The notes beneath the pieces are model-generated. The model was not told where the DNA came from and made no database searches. It saw only the letters and a list, made by a program, of their open reading frames with translations. This document shows, in pieces, positions 10,933 to 22,709 of a stretch of 64,000 bases of DNA (its first letter is position 1; each line of letters begins with the position of its first letter). The stretch lies in assembly GCF_006345805.1 (NCBI RefSeq), contig NC_043005.1:1240001-1304000 (forward strand). The letters are read 5' to 3'. A program made the translations under genes and the position numbers. This DNA is from Octopus sinensis (taxonomy: Eukaryota).

Positions 10933-13900
10933 CTTCTCTCTTACATCCTCCATACACATCATCACGTCACCCACACCATCTTCTCTCTTACATCCTCCAT
11001 ACACATCATCACGTCACCCACACCATCTTCTCTCTTACATCCTCCATACACATCATCACGTCACCCACACCATCTTCTCTCTTACAACTCCTCCATACAC
11101 ATCATCACATCACCCACACCATCTTTTCTCTCTACATCCTCCATACACATCATCACGTCCCACACCATCTTCTCTCTTACATCCTCCATACACATCATCA
11201 CGTCACCCACACCATCTTCTCTTTACATCCTCCATACTCATCATCACGTCACCCACACCTTCTTCTCTCTTACATCCTCCATACACATCATCACGTCACC
11301 CACACCATCTTCTCTCTTACATCTTCCATACACATCATCACGTCACCCACACCATCTTCTCTCTTACATCCTCCATACACATCATCACGTCACCCACACC
11401 ATCTTCTCTCTTACATCCTCCATACACATCATCACGTCACCCCACACCATCTTCTCTCTTACATCCTCCATACAGATCATCACGTCACCCACACCATCTT
11501 CTCGCTTACATCCTCCATACACATCATCACGTCACCCACACCATCTTCTCTCTTACATCCTCCATACTCATCATCACGTCACCACACCATCTTCTCTCTT
11601 ACATCCTCCATACACATCATCACGTCACCCACACCATCTTCTCTCTTACATCCTCCATACACATCATCACGTCACCCACACCATCTTCTCTCTTACATCC
11701 TCCATACACATCATCACGTCACCCACACCATCTTCTCTCTTACATCCTCCATACACATCATCACGTCACCCACGCCATCTTCTCTCTTACATCCTCCATA
11801 CACATCATCACGTCACCCACGCCATCTTCTCTCTTACATCCTCCATACACATCATCACGTCACCCACACCATCTTCTCTCTTACATCCTCCATACACATC
11901 ATCACGTCACCACACCATCTTCTCTCTTACATCCTCCATACACATCATCACGTCACCCACACCATCTTCTCTCTTACATCCTCCATACACATCATCACGT
12001 CACCCACACCATCTTCTCTCTTACATCCTCCATACACATCATCACGTCACCCACACCATCTTCTCTCTTACATCCTCCATACTCATCATCACGTCACCCA
12101 CACCATCTTCTCTCTTACATCCTCCATACACATCATCACGTCACCCACACCATCTTCTCTCTTACATCCTCCATACACATCATCACGTCACCCACACCAT
12201 CTTCTCTCTTACATCCTCCAAACATCATCACGTCACCCACACCATCTTCTCTCTTACATCCCCATCCATACAATCATCACGTCACCCACACCATCTTCTC
12301 TCTACATCCTCCATACACATCATCACGTCACCCACACCATCTTCTCTCTTAATCCTCCATACACATCATCACGTCACCCACACCATCTTCTCTCTTACAT
12401 CCTCCATACACATCATCACGTCACCCACACCATCTTCTCTCTTACATCCTCCATACACATCATCACGTCACCCACACCATCTTCTCTCTTAATCCTCCAT
12501 ACACAATCATCACGTCACCCACACATCTTCTCTCTTACATCCTCCATACACATCATCACGTCACCCACACCATCTTCTCTTACATCCTCCATACACATCA
12601 TCACGTCACCCACACCATCTTCTCTCTTACATCCTCCATACACATCATCACGTCACCCACACCATCTTCTCTCTTACATCCTCCATACACATCATCACGT
12701 CACCCACACCATCTTCTCTCTTACATCCTCCATACACATCATCACGTCACCCACACATCTTCTCTCTTACATCCTCCATACACATCATCACGTCACCCAC
12801 ACCATCTTCTCTCTACATCCTCCATACACATCATCACGTCACCCACACCATCTTCTCTCTTACATCCTCCATACACATCATCACGTCACCCACACCATCT
12901 TCTCTCTTACATCCTCCATACACATCATCACGTCACCCCACACCATCTTCTCTCTTACATCCTCCATACTCATCATCACGTCACCCACACCATTCTCTCT
13001 TACAATTCCATACACATCATCACGTCACCCACACCATCTTCTCTCTTACATCCTCCATACACATCATCACGTCACCCACACCATCTTCTCTCTTACATCC
13101 TCCATACACATCATCACGTCACCCACACCATCTTCTCTCTTACATCCTCCATACACATCATCACGTCACCCACACCATCTTCTCTCTTACATCCTCCATA
13201 CACATCATCACGTCACCCACACCATCTTCTCTCTTACATCCTCCATACTCATCATCACGTCACCCACACCATCTTCTCTTACATCCTCCATACACATCAT
13301 CACGTCACCCACACCATCTTCTCTCTTACATCCTCCATACACATCATCACGTCACCCACACCATCTTCTCTCTTACATCCTCCATACACATCATCACGTC
13401 ACCCACACCATCTTTCTCTTACATCCTCCATACTCATCATCACGTCACCCACACATCTTCTCTCTTACATCCTCCATACACATCATCACGTCACCCACAC
13501 CATCTTCTCTCTTACATCCTCCATACACATCATCACGTCACCCACACCATCTTCTCTCTTACATCCTCCATACACATCATCACGTCACCCACACCATCTT
13601 CTCTCTTACATCCTCCATACACATCATCACGTCACCCACACCATCTTCTCTCTTACATCCTCCATACACATCATCACATCACCCACACCATCTTCTCTCT
13701 TACATCCTCCATACTCATCATCACGTCACCCACACCATCTTCTCTCTTACATCCTCCATACACATCATCACGTCACCCCACCATCTTCTCTCTTACAACC
13801 TCCATATACATCATCACGTCCCACCACACCATCTTCTCTCTTACATCCTCCATACACATCATCACGTCACCCACACCATCTTCTCTCTTACATCCTCCAT

Positions 13901-16381
13901 ACACATCATCACGTCACCCACACCATCTTCTCTCTTACATCCTCCATATACATCATCACGTCACCCACACCATCTTCTCTCTTACATCCTCCATACACAT
14001 CACATCACCCACACCATCTTCTCTCTTACATCCTCCATACACATCATCACGTCACCCACACCATCTTCTCTCTTACATCCTCCATACACATCATCACGTC
14101 ACCCACACCATCTTCTCTTACATCCTCCATACACATCATCACGTCACACCACACACCATCTCTCTTACATCCTCCATACACATCATCACGTCACCCACAC
14201 CATCTTCTCTCTTACATCCTCCATACACATCATCACGTCACCCACACCATCTTCTCTCTTACATCTTCCATACACATCATCACGTCACCCACACCATCTT
14301 CTCTCTTACATCCTCCATACACATCATCACGTCACCCACACCATCTTCTCTCTTACATCCTCCATACACATCATCACGTCACCCACACCATCTTCTCTCT
14401 TACATCCTCCATACACATCATCACGTCACCCACACCATCTTCTCTCTTACATCCTCCATACACATCATCATGTCACCCACACCATCTTCTCTCTAACATC
14501 CTCCATACACATCATCACGTCACCCCACCATCTTCTCTCTTACATCCTCCATATACATCATCACGTCACCCACACCATCTTCTCTCTTACATCCTCCATA
14601 CACATCATCACGTCACACCCACACCATCTCTCTCTTACATCCTCCATACACATCATCATGTCACCCACACCATCTTCTCTCTTACATCCTCCATACACAT
14701 CATCACGTCACCCACACCATCTTCTCTCTTACATCCTCCATACACATCATCACGTCACCCACACCATCTTCTCTCTTACATCCTCCATACACATCATCAT
14801 CACGTCACCCACACCATCTTCTCTCTTACATCCTCCATACACATCATCACGTCACCCACACCATCTTCTCTCTTACATCCTCCATACACATCATCATCAC
14901 GTCACCCACACCATCTTCTCTCTTACATCCTCCATACACATCATCACGTCACCCACACCATCTTCTCTCTTACATCCTCCATACACATCATCACGTCACC
15001 CACAACCATCTTCTCTCTTACATCCTCCATACATCATCACGTCACCCACACCATTCTCTCTTACATCCTCCATACACATCATCGTCACCCCACACCATCT
15101 TCTCTCTTACATCCTCCATACACATCATCACATCACCCACACCATTCTCTCTTACATCCTCCATACACATCATCACGTCACCACACCATCTTCTCTCTTA
15201 CATCCTCCATAACACATCATCACGTCACCCACACCATCTTCTCTCTTACATCCTCCATATACATCATCACGTCACCCACACCATCTTCTCTCTTACATCC
15301 TCCATACACATCACATCACCCACACCATCTTCTCTCTTACATCCTCCATACACATCATCACGTCACCCACACCATCTTCTCTCTTACATCCTCCATACAC
15401 ATCATCACGTCACCCACACCATCTTCTCTCTTACATCCTCCATACACATCATCACGTCACCCACACCATCTCTCTTACATCCTCCATACACATCATCACG
15501 TCACCCACACCATCTTCTCTCTTACATCCTCCATACACATCATCACGTCACCCACACCATCTTCTCTCTTACATCTTCCATACACATCATCACATCACCC
15601 ACACCATCTTCTCTCTTACATCCTCCATACACATCATCACGTCACCCACACCATCTTCTCTCTTACATCCTCCATACACATCATCACGTCACCCACACCA
15701 TTCTCTCTTACATCCTCCATACACACATCATCACGTCACCCACACCATCTTCTCTCTTACATCCTCCATACACATCATCATGTCACCCACACCATCTTCT
15801 CTCTAACATCCTCCATACACATCATCATGTCACCCACACCATCTTCTCTCTTACATCCTCCATATACATCATCACGTCACCCACACCATCTTCTCTCTTA
15901 CATCCTCCATACACATCATCACGTCACAACACACCATCTTCTCTCTTACATCCTCCATACACATCATCACGTCACCCACAACCATCTTCTCTCTTACATC
16001 CTCATACACATCATCACGTCACCCACACCATCTTCTCTCTTACATCCTCCATACACATCATCACGTCACCCACACCATCTTCTCTCTTACATCCTCCATA
16101 CACATCATCACGTCACCCACACCATCTTCTCTCTTACATCCTCCATACACATCATCACGTCACCCACACCATCTTCTCTCTTACATCCTCCATACACATC
16201 ATCACGTCACCCACACCATCTTCTCTCTTACATCCTCCATACACATCATCACGTCACCCACACCATCTTCTCTCTTACATCCTCCATACACATCATCACG
16301 TCACCCACACCATCTTCTCTCTTACATCCTCCATACACATCATCACGTCACCCACACCATCTTCTCTCTTACATACTCCAT
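10933..16381. repeat. 47-bp tandem minisatellite/satellite, about 116 copies
   Basis: Unit CATCTTCTCTCTTACATCCTCCATACACATCATCACGTCACCCACAC (C21 A12 T13 G1); copy number from 5449/47; copies are highly homogeneous with scattered 1-3 nt indels. Confidence 0.98.
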
Positions 16382-16799
16382 GACTACTCTTATTCAGTCT
16401 TTTTCTCAGCTCATTTGTTCTCCATTGTTAATGCACAATGACATTATCATCTGGTCGAGTATGCCACCTCTTGTTTTCAGAAATCCTCTGCACTTAAGGC
16501 CCACATCACAATACTATGGAGCATCACACTTTATACACAAGCCTCTTACAGTCTATCCTTGACTTTGAAGCAGATGTAATATAACATATAAACACATGTG
16601 TTTGTGTGTGTCATCATTTTATCTTTGCTTATTCCATGCTGGCATGGGATGGCTGGATCTCAGCATCTTGTCACTTGTCACAATCTTTCCTATCTGGGAT
16701 GCATAACAACAAAATAAAAAAAGCTACCACTTTTAGTCTTATGCCCTGACTTCTCTTCATCCTGTATCTGTCTTAATGTGGAGTCACTGTTTTCTTAGA

Positions 16800-17230
16800 T
16801 GAGTTGCCTGTATGCAGAGTTCACATTTTTCTTTCAATTCATCTTTATCGTTGTTGTTGCAGTTTAGCACCAGACAAAGTGCTTAGCAGAGTTATACTCC
16901 AGTCCTAGAGTCACCAGGTGCAAATGGGATTAGCTGAAGTAGAGATGAGCAAAGTCAGTCTCACAGGAATTGAGGCCTGAAAATGCAACATGATGTGGCG
17001 ATGGGACTATGATGCCTCAACTAAAATTGCTAAAGGCAAGATTGTTCTGCAAATGCAGTGGAAGACAAAATATGCCTCTCAAGCTAATTCAAGGAGCCAA
17101 GAATCCATTGGTTAGCTGGTATCTAGAGAGACACCATGAAGAAGCACAAGTCCAATCTAGTTGAAGTCGGAAAGCAAAACCCTACTCTTCGGGTAATATT
17201 GTTCATGACAATCCATTGCTGATACCTGAA
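16800..17230 (-). mobile_element. Old LINE endonuclease fragment
   Basis: Minus-strand YYPKSRVLLSDFN resembles the APE GDFN region; heavily decayed. Confidence 0.4.
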
Positions 17231-17298
17231 TTACTATGGTTACTAAATGGTTAGGTGTCAAAAGAGAGAGGGGAGAGGGAGGGAGAGAGAGCGAGAGA

Positions 17299-17301
<3 letters not shown>

Positions 17302-17391
<90 letters not shown>
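17302..17391. repeat. (GA)n microsatellite
   Basis: Perfect GA run of about 45 units. Confidence 0.97.
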
Positions 17392-17394
<3 letters not shown>

Positions 17395-17946
17395 GGGGCC
17401 AAATATATAAATTATTAAAAGAAAAAATTCCTTGCTTTCAGACCAGTTCTTTTGTTGGTGGATTAACTTCAGCACCATTCATGTGAAAATGTCCCTCCAC
17501 ATGCACAAAACTTTTTTTTCACATCCTTAATACTGCATCTTCATCCCTCCTGAAACACTAGAACTTCTCAAGAAATGATGTTCAACAAGTAACAATATCT
17601 GAGATTTGTCAAAATGCAGTTGGGCGTTCATTAAAAGCATCAAAAAATAAGTCCAATCATATGAGCTACAGTTATCACTTGGTGGTTGATTGCATTACCA
17701 ACTCATACTTGAGTATTGATTCATGAAGTGTTCAATACGATCGTTAGTTGTGAGCTTTCTGAGCTCTGAACAGCAGCAGACCTATGCTATAGAAATAAAA
17801 AAACCAAACATTAGCAGATGGCCAAGAAAACTATACACATTTGTTGTGCTATGCTCAGTGGAACCAAGGAACCAATCAATTCAGTTGTCTCTGTTAAAAC
17901 TAAAATACTAGACTAGAGTAGTAAGGGTTAAAAGTAATTGACTTAC

Positions 17947-18044
17947 ACTGGATTGCATAACTTGATAATAGTGCCGAGGTAGAATGAGGACAGACCAGCC
18001 GACCTTCTAAAAGGTCCTTCTTTAATTGGAGGAAGAAATGGTAT
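17947..18044 (-). CDS. PTPN4: PTPN4-like coding exon 5 (YHFFLQLKKDLLEGRLVCPHSTSALLSSYAIQ-S), FERM F2 lobe
   Basis: aatttattgcag|ATACCA...ATCCAGT|gtaagt; 98 nt, phase 2-1. Confidence 0.95.
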
Positions 18045-19677
18045 CTGCAATAAATTCATAAACAAATAAAACAGAATGAAAAGGAATCAGTTCCTGGGTT
18101 ATCATCATAGTTTTAGTTTTAAATATTCTGAAACCTGCAAATATACATTTATTCTTACTCAATAATTCAACAGACTTTAATGACAAATAAACCTTTAAAA
18201 CGTAATAGAATTTTTTTTTTTTTATAAATTTATTGCAGGAATTATTTTAATGTCTATTATGAAGTATGTGTTAGCTAATTTTAAACATGTAAAGTATACA
18301 GCTGCTATCTGGCAACATAATAATATAAACCACAGCAAAAATTTGATTGCTAAAGTATTTTGTTCTGTTCAATCCTAGCTAGGGTTTAAATAATTTTGAA
18401 AATACAGACTATATTAGAGCTTTTTAATTTACAGCTCAATGCTACCTCATTTTTTTTTAACATTTTAAACTAATGGTGTAATTCATTCCAAAATTCTATG
18501 TTTGTATTTAACTCTTGCTATAATGGCCACACTTATTGATTAATTTTTAACTGAATGTAGGGAGATCTCCCTTCACTAACTCTGAATCAGTTTAGAGTGA
18601 AACATGCAACTCATAAGAGTGCAGCTCCAACAAAAACTGGAGTATAACCAGAAACTGTTGATAACTCAGAGAAAACAACAATACAGCTGCCTGCTTCTAT
18701 GCAAATATTTCTTTAAAATAATCCAATAAACAGGAAAAAAACTTTAAAATGATATCAATAAAAATAAAGAAACCTATCTCTTTAATAAGCAAATATTAGG
18801 TAACATAGAAAAAAGGAAAGAAAATCAACAGATTTGAAAATATATACAAAAAACAAAAAAAAAATAAAACCGAAAATATGAAAAGAAAGAAATAGAAAAA
18901 CATTGTTCTTTCTGTTTAATACCAATTCCAATAATCAACCATATTTTAAGAATATTTTTATGTTTTTATTTTAAAATTATATTCACCGATTCCATACTGA
19001 TTCTTTCATCTTGTTTGTAAATGAAATCAAGAAGTTGGTACTTGTGAGATGTTTTTTTTTTCTTAAATTGTTAAGAAATAAAAGAAACATATCACAAGGA
19101 GAGAGAGAGAGAGGGTGGGGATGGATTTCATAAGAAAACCTTTTATGAAAGAAATAGCAAAAATGAAAAGACAAGAAATTGAAACAAAACAAAAGAAGCC
19201 TCTGGTTCTTTGAATCTAATAGCAAATAATAAAAACGTTTGCTTGTTTTTCTTCCCACTTTCTTTAATACTACTTTTACATATGTTTCTAAGAATAAGAT
19301 TGGGTGGCTCTGCAATTTAGATACTTAGGCAAATTATAGAAAATAGATAGGCTAATATGAATTTGTGCCCTTTTGCATTATCTTTTTATCATTTTGTTTC
19401 AGTACTAGCCACCTACACCTGTTTTTTTCTTCATCTTTTTCAATTAGGTGGTGCGAAGCAAATACAGAAAACATGTTTTTCATGTTAATTTAATATGTGC
19501 TTCACATTCCAAAGTTTCCATCTGTGAAGCAGACACTCTTCTATATTGAAATATTTCCAGATTTTTCATGTATTCTGCTACAGATGCAACATAATGAAAA
19601 TCACTAGTAGCTATTGTACTAATCTGATGCTGCAACACTACCTAAGTTAACTCTTGCGTATGCACCATCCTCCAAAT

Positions 19678-20010
19678 TCATCATCATCATCATCATCATC
19701 GTTTAACATCCGTTTTCCGCGCTAGTATGGGTTGGACGATTCGACCGGGGTCTGGGAAGCCAGGGGCTGCACCAGGCTCCAGTCTGATCTGGCAGAGTTT
19801 CTACAGCCGGATGCCCTTCCTAACGCCAACCACTCCGTGAGTGTAGTGGGTGCTTTTTTACGTGCCACCTGCACAGGTGCCAGGGGGGTCCGGCATCGGC
19901 CACGATCGGTTGGAGCTTTTAACGTGCCACCGGCACGGAAGCCAGCCAAGGCAGCGCTGGCAACGGCCACGTTCGGATGGTGCTTTTTATGTGCCACCGG
20001 CACAATCACA
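19678..20010 (-). mobile_element. RTE-LINE 3'-end fragment with (ATG)n tail, well preserved
   Basis: (CAT)n followed by cgtttaacatccgttttcc...ggatgcccttcctaacgccaaccactcc...; CpG-rich, so relatively young. Confidence 0.8.
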
Positions 20011-20899
20011 AATATGATATTTATTGTGAATTTGGCATGATCTTTAGAAAGTCAAATATTCTAAGATCTCTTTCACAATATTCTTTGCTTTTACATTTGG
20101 CATATCTAATTGCTCAGAGATAGCAAACATCACTCTCTTTCAGTTCCATTATGTCAGCCTGTTTCTTGGAATCCTTTATCTAAACATGGACTTATTATGC
20201 TCAGTGCAACCAATTCATTCTTAACCATTTCAAATCAAATTTTCAAATTGTAATATGGTAATACATATAAGCTAGTCACTTAAATAATTTCTGGGATAAC
20301 TATAATTTTTCATCCGTTTTGTCAATAAATTAGATTGGAAGACAAAACCTGAGTATGACTGAGAGGAAGTGATCTTCTGTCAGGCTCATTTCCAAGTTAT
20401 TGTGAATTTTAGTCATAAAATCAATGGCATTGTTAAGTGCTGTTATTATCCTTGGAAGCATCATCTTTCATGTTCTTTTCTTCTAAACCAATATGAGTTA
20501 GGCAGTTCAGCAATACTGCAACATTTTGCCTGCATCTCGAATATTTGTTCTAAGATCAGAAATGATTCTGAAGTTTGTCTTATCCATAGTTTCCCACCTC
20601 AACATAAAGTCAAATGGATCTCATCCAAGCCGACCCACTCCACCATAAATACCCCTATGACTCTCAGACACTTTGTTCGTCAACTAAAAGCCTCTATAAT
20701 TTGTTTTGAGAGTACTTTATGATAGTATTTCTATATGAGTCATAGTGTACAACTAACTTGGCTGCTAACAATTCCAATCCTGACAATTTTGCCACCAAGT
20801 TCAGCATGGCAGCATCAAATTATTAAATAGATTAAAAGAAAAGTTTACAATTTGTAATAAGCTGTGGCAAATAAAGTACCTTATAAATTTACAACCAAA

Positions 20900-21900
20900 A
20901 TATTATATATATATATATAATAATAATAAGAGGGAGTATAACTCCAAACTTACAGGTTTTCGAGAGTTAGGTCAACTTATTTATTTAAGAAATTTTATTG
21001 TATTCTATATAACTATTAATTGAATAGATTTGAATCTATAACTATTTTAGTTGTTAATGATAATTTAGGTATGTATATTTATTTAATAATTATTATTAGT
21101 ATATAATTATTATAACTGTACATAAATTTCAAGATATTAGTTAGTCACTGTGGTATATAGATCGTAAAATAGTCATACGATTTTTTTAAGATAGGTTATA
21201 TGTTTTTAATTTTTAAACTGTATTTCATAAATATATTCTATAGATATTTATAATATTTATGTAAGTAATAATGAACTAATTTATTTATTTTTGGTTATAT
21301 GTTTATATATTTATTGCTAGAGGAAATTTTAGATTTTTAATTACTATATTTGTTGATTATAATTTAGATACTTATTTTCATGTATTTATTATTTTATAAT
21401 TATTAGATGTGAACTTAAATCTAAAAATATTAATAGTGATTATTTTGTTAAATAATTTGGTAAATATTTTGTTAAATAATTTGGTAATTAAATATTGGAG
21501 TATAACTGATAGTTTATTATGTTTTTTAAAGCCAAATTATAGCTTCAAAGATAAATACATATCTCTATCTATTTTTTACCTTAAAAATTAAATATTTAAC
21601 ATAATAAATGTGTTGTATGAAATAATCCTAATGTTTTAAGTTTCTAATTTAGTTAATGGAGTTTTTTCTATAAGAAAAATTATTATTTTATTTATTTCTT
21701 AAATAAATATTGCTTAATTCTATTTGCTTATTTATTTAACTATTATAATTAACCTGAAGATTGACTATAATTTTAAATCGAATTTATTTCAATTGAATTT
21801 AAACTTAATTGTAATTCGAATTTAATTGTAGTCATGAAACGGATGTAGTTCTTTTACTTATTATATTATATATTGATCATTCATTTTTATACTTTTTGAG
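20900..21900 (+). pseudogene. Probable decayed nuclear copy of mitochondrial 12S rRNA region (NUMT)
   Basis: Extremely AT-rich block with eroded versions of 12S landmarks in the expected order and spacing: about 21140 (GCCAGCAGCCGCGG-like), 21363 (TTAGATAC), 21451 (AATTTGG), 21755 (TGAAG). Recognised by eye only. Confidence 0.45.
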
Positions 21901-22071
21901 ATCTAGTTATAAGTTATAGGTTTTATAAAAAAATATATTATTTGTTATTTATGTATTGGTTTATTTATGTCTATCACTGTTTGAGTTGCATAATAGTGGT
22001 TTTATCTCTAATTTATTTTATGTATGTATGTATGTATGTGTGTTTGTGTATGTATGTATGTATGTATGTAT

Positions 22072-22440
22072 AGGAGCAGTGTAGCTCTATGGTAAGAAGC
22101 TTGCTTCCCAACCATATCATCCTGGGTTCAGTCTCACAGTATGGCACTTTGAGCAAGTGTCTTCTACTATAGCCTTGGGCTGACCAAAGTGGATTTGGTG
22201 GACAGAGACTGAAAGAAGCCTGTTGTGTTTATATATAGTACGTATGTATGTATATATTTGTATGTGTGTCTGTGTTTATCCCCCCATCATTGCTTGACAA
22301 CCAATGTTGGTGTGTTTACATCCCTGTACCTTAGCGGTTCAGCAAAGGAGACTGATAGAAATAAGTACTAGGTTTACAAAGAATGATTTGGTGCTCCTGC
22401 ATGGCTGCAGTCAAATGACTGAAATATGTGAATAAATAAA
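22072..22440 (+). mobile_element. tRNA-derived SINE (family A) with 3' domain
   Basis: ggagcagtgtagctctatggtaagaagcttgcttcccaacc...gggttcagtc head, body gaccaaag...gaaagaagcc, and 3' domain ending gtcaaatgactgaaa. Confidence 0.8.
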
Positions 22441-22448
22441 TACATATG

Positions 22449-22450
<2 letters not shown>

Positions 22451-22492
<42 letters not shown>

Positions 22493-22522
22493 GAGAGAGA
22501 GAGGAGAGAGAGAGAGGGAGAG

Positions 22523-22554
<32 letters not shown>

Positions 22555-22573
22555 GAGAGAGAGAGAGGAGGAG

Positions 22574-22617
<44 letters not shown>
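22451..22617. repeat. Imperfect (GA)n microsatellite immediately downstream of exon 4 donor
   Basis: GA/GGA run; reads as (UC)n in the PTPN4 pre-mRNA, starting 16 nt after the donor. Confidence 0.95.
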
Positions 22618-22619
<2 letters not shown>

Positions 22620-22633
22620 TTGTAGATGCATAC

Positions 22634-22709
22634 CTTGTATATTCTTCACCCAGTTTGCTGGGGTCAGACACATAGAATTTCACTCGAAAATAAAACTCGT
22701 ATGTTGGAC
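22634..22709 (-). CDS. PTPN4: PTPN4-like coding exon 4 (GPTYEFYFRVKFYVSDPSKLGEEYTR)
   Basis: ctttatttcag|GTCCAA...ATACAAG|gtatgc; 76 nt, phase 1-2; FRVKFY-x-x-DP and EE-x-TRY FERM motifs. Confidence 0.95.

Noticed and set aside
10821-15212. 1463-aa His/Ser/Thr-rich ORF (also the 540-aa and 204-aa ORFs in the same block)
   Set aside because: Artefact of the 47-bp satellite. The plus strand has one G per unit and no TAA, so stops cannot occur. The peptide cycles through all three frames every 47 aa, and indels shift frame freely.
10933-16381. CRISPR-like array
   Set aside because: The units are head-to-tail with no unique spacers, there are no cas genes, and the context is eukaryotic.
17157-17478. 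LS-repeat and ER-repeat ORFs (also 22374-22683 outside the exon, and 60285-60514)
   Set aside because: Translations of (GA)n or trinucleotide microsatellites.
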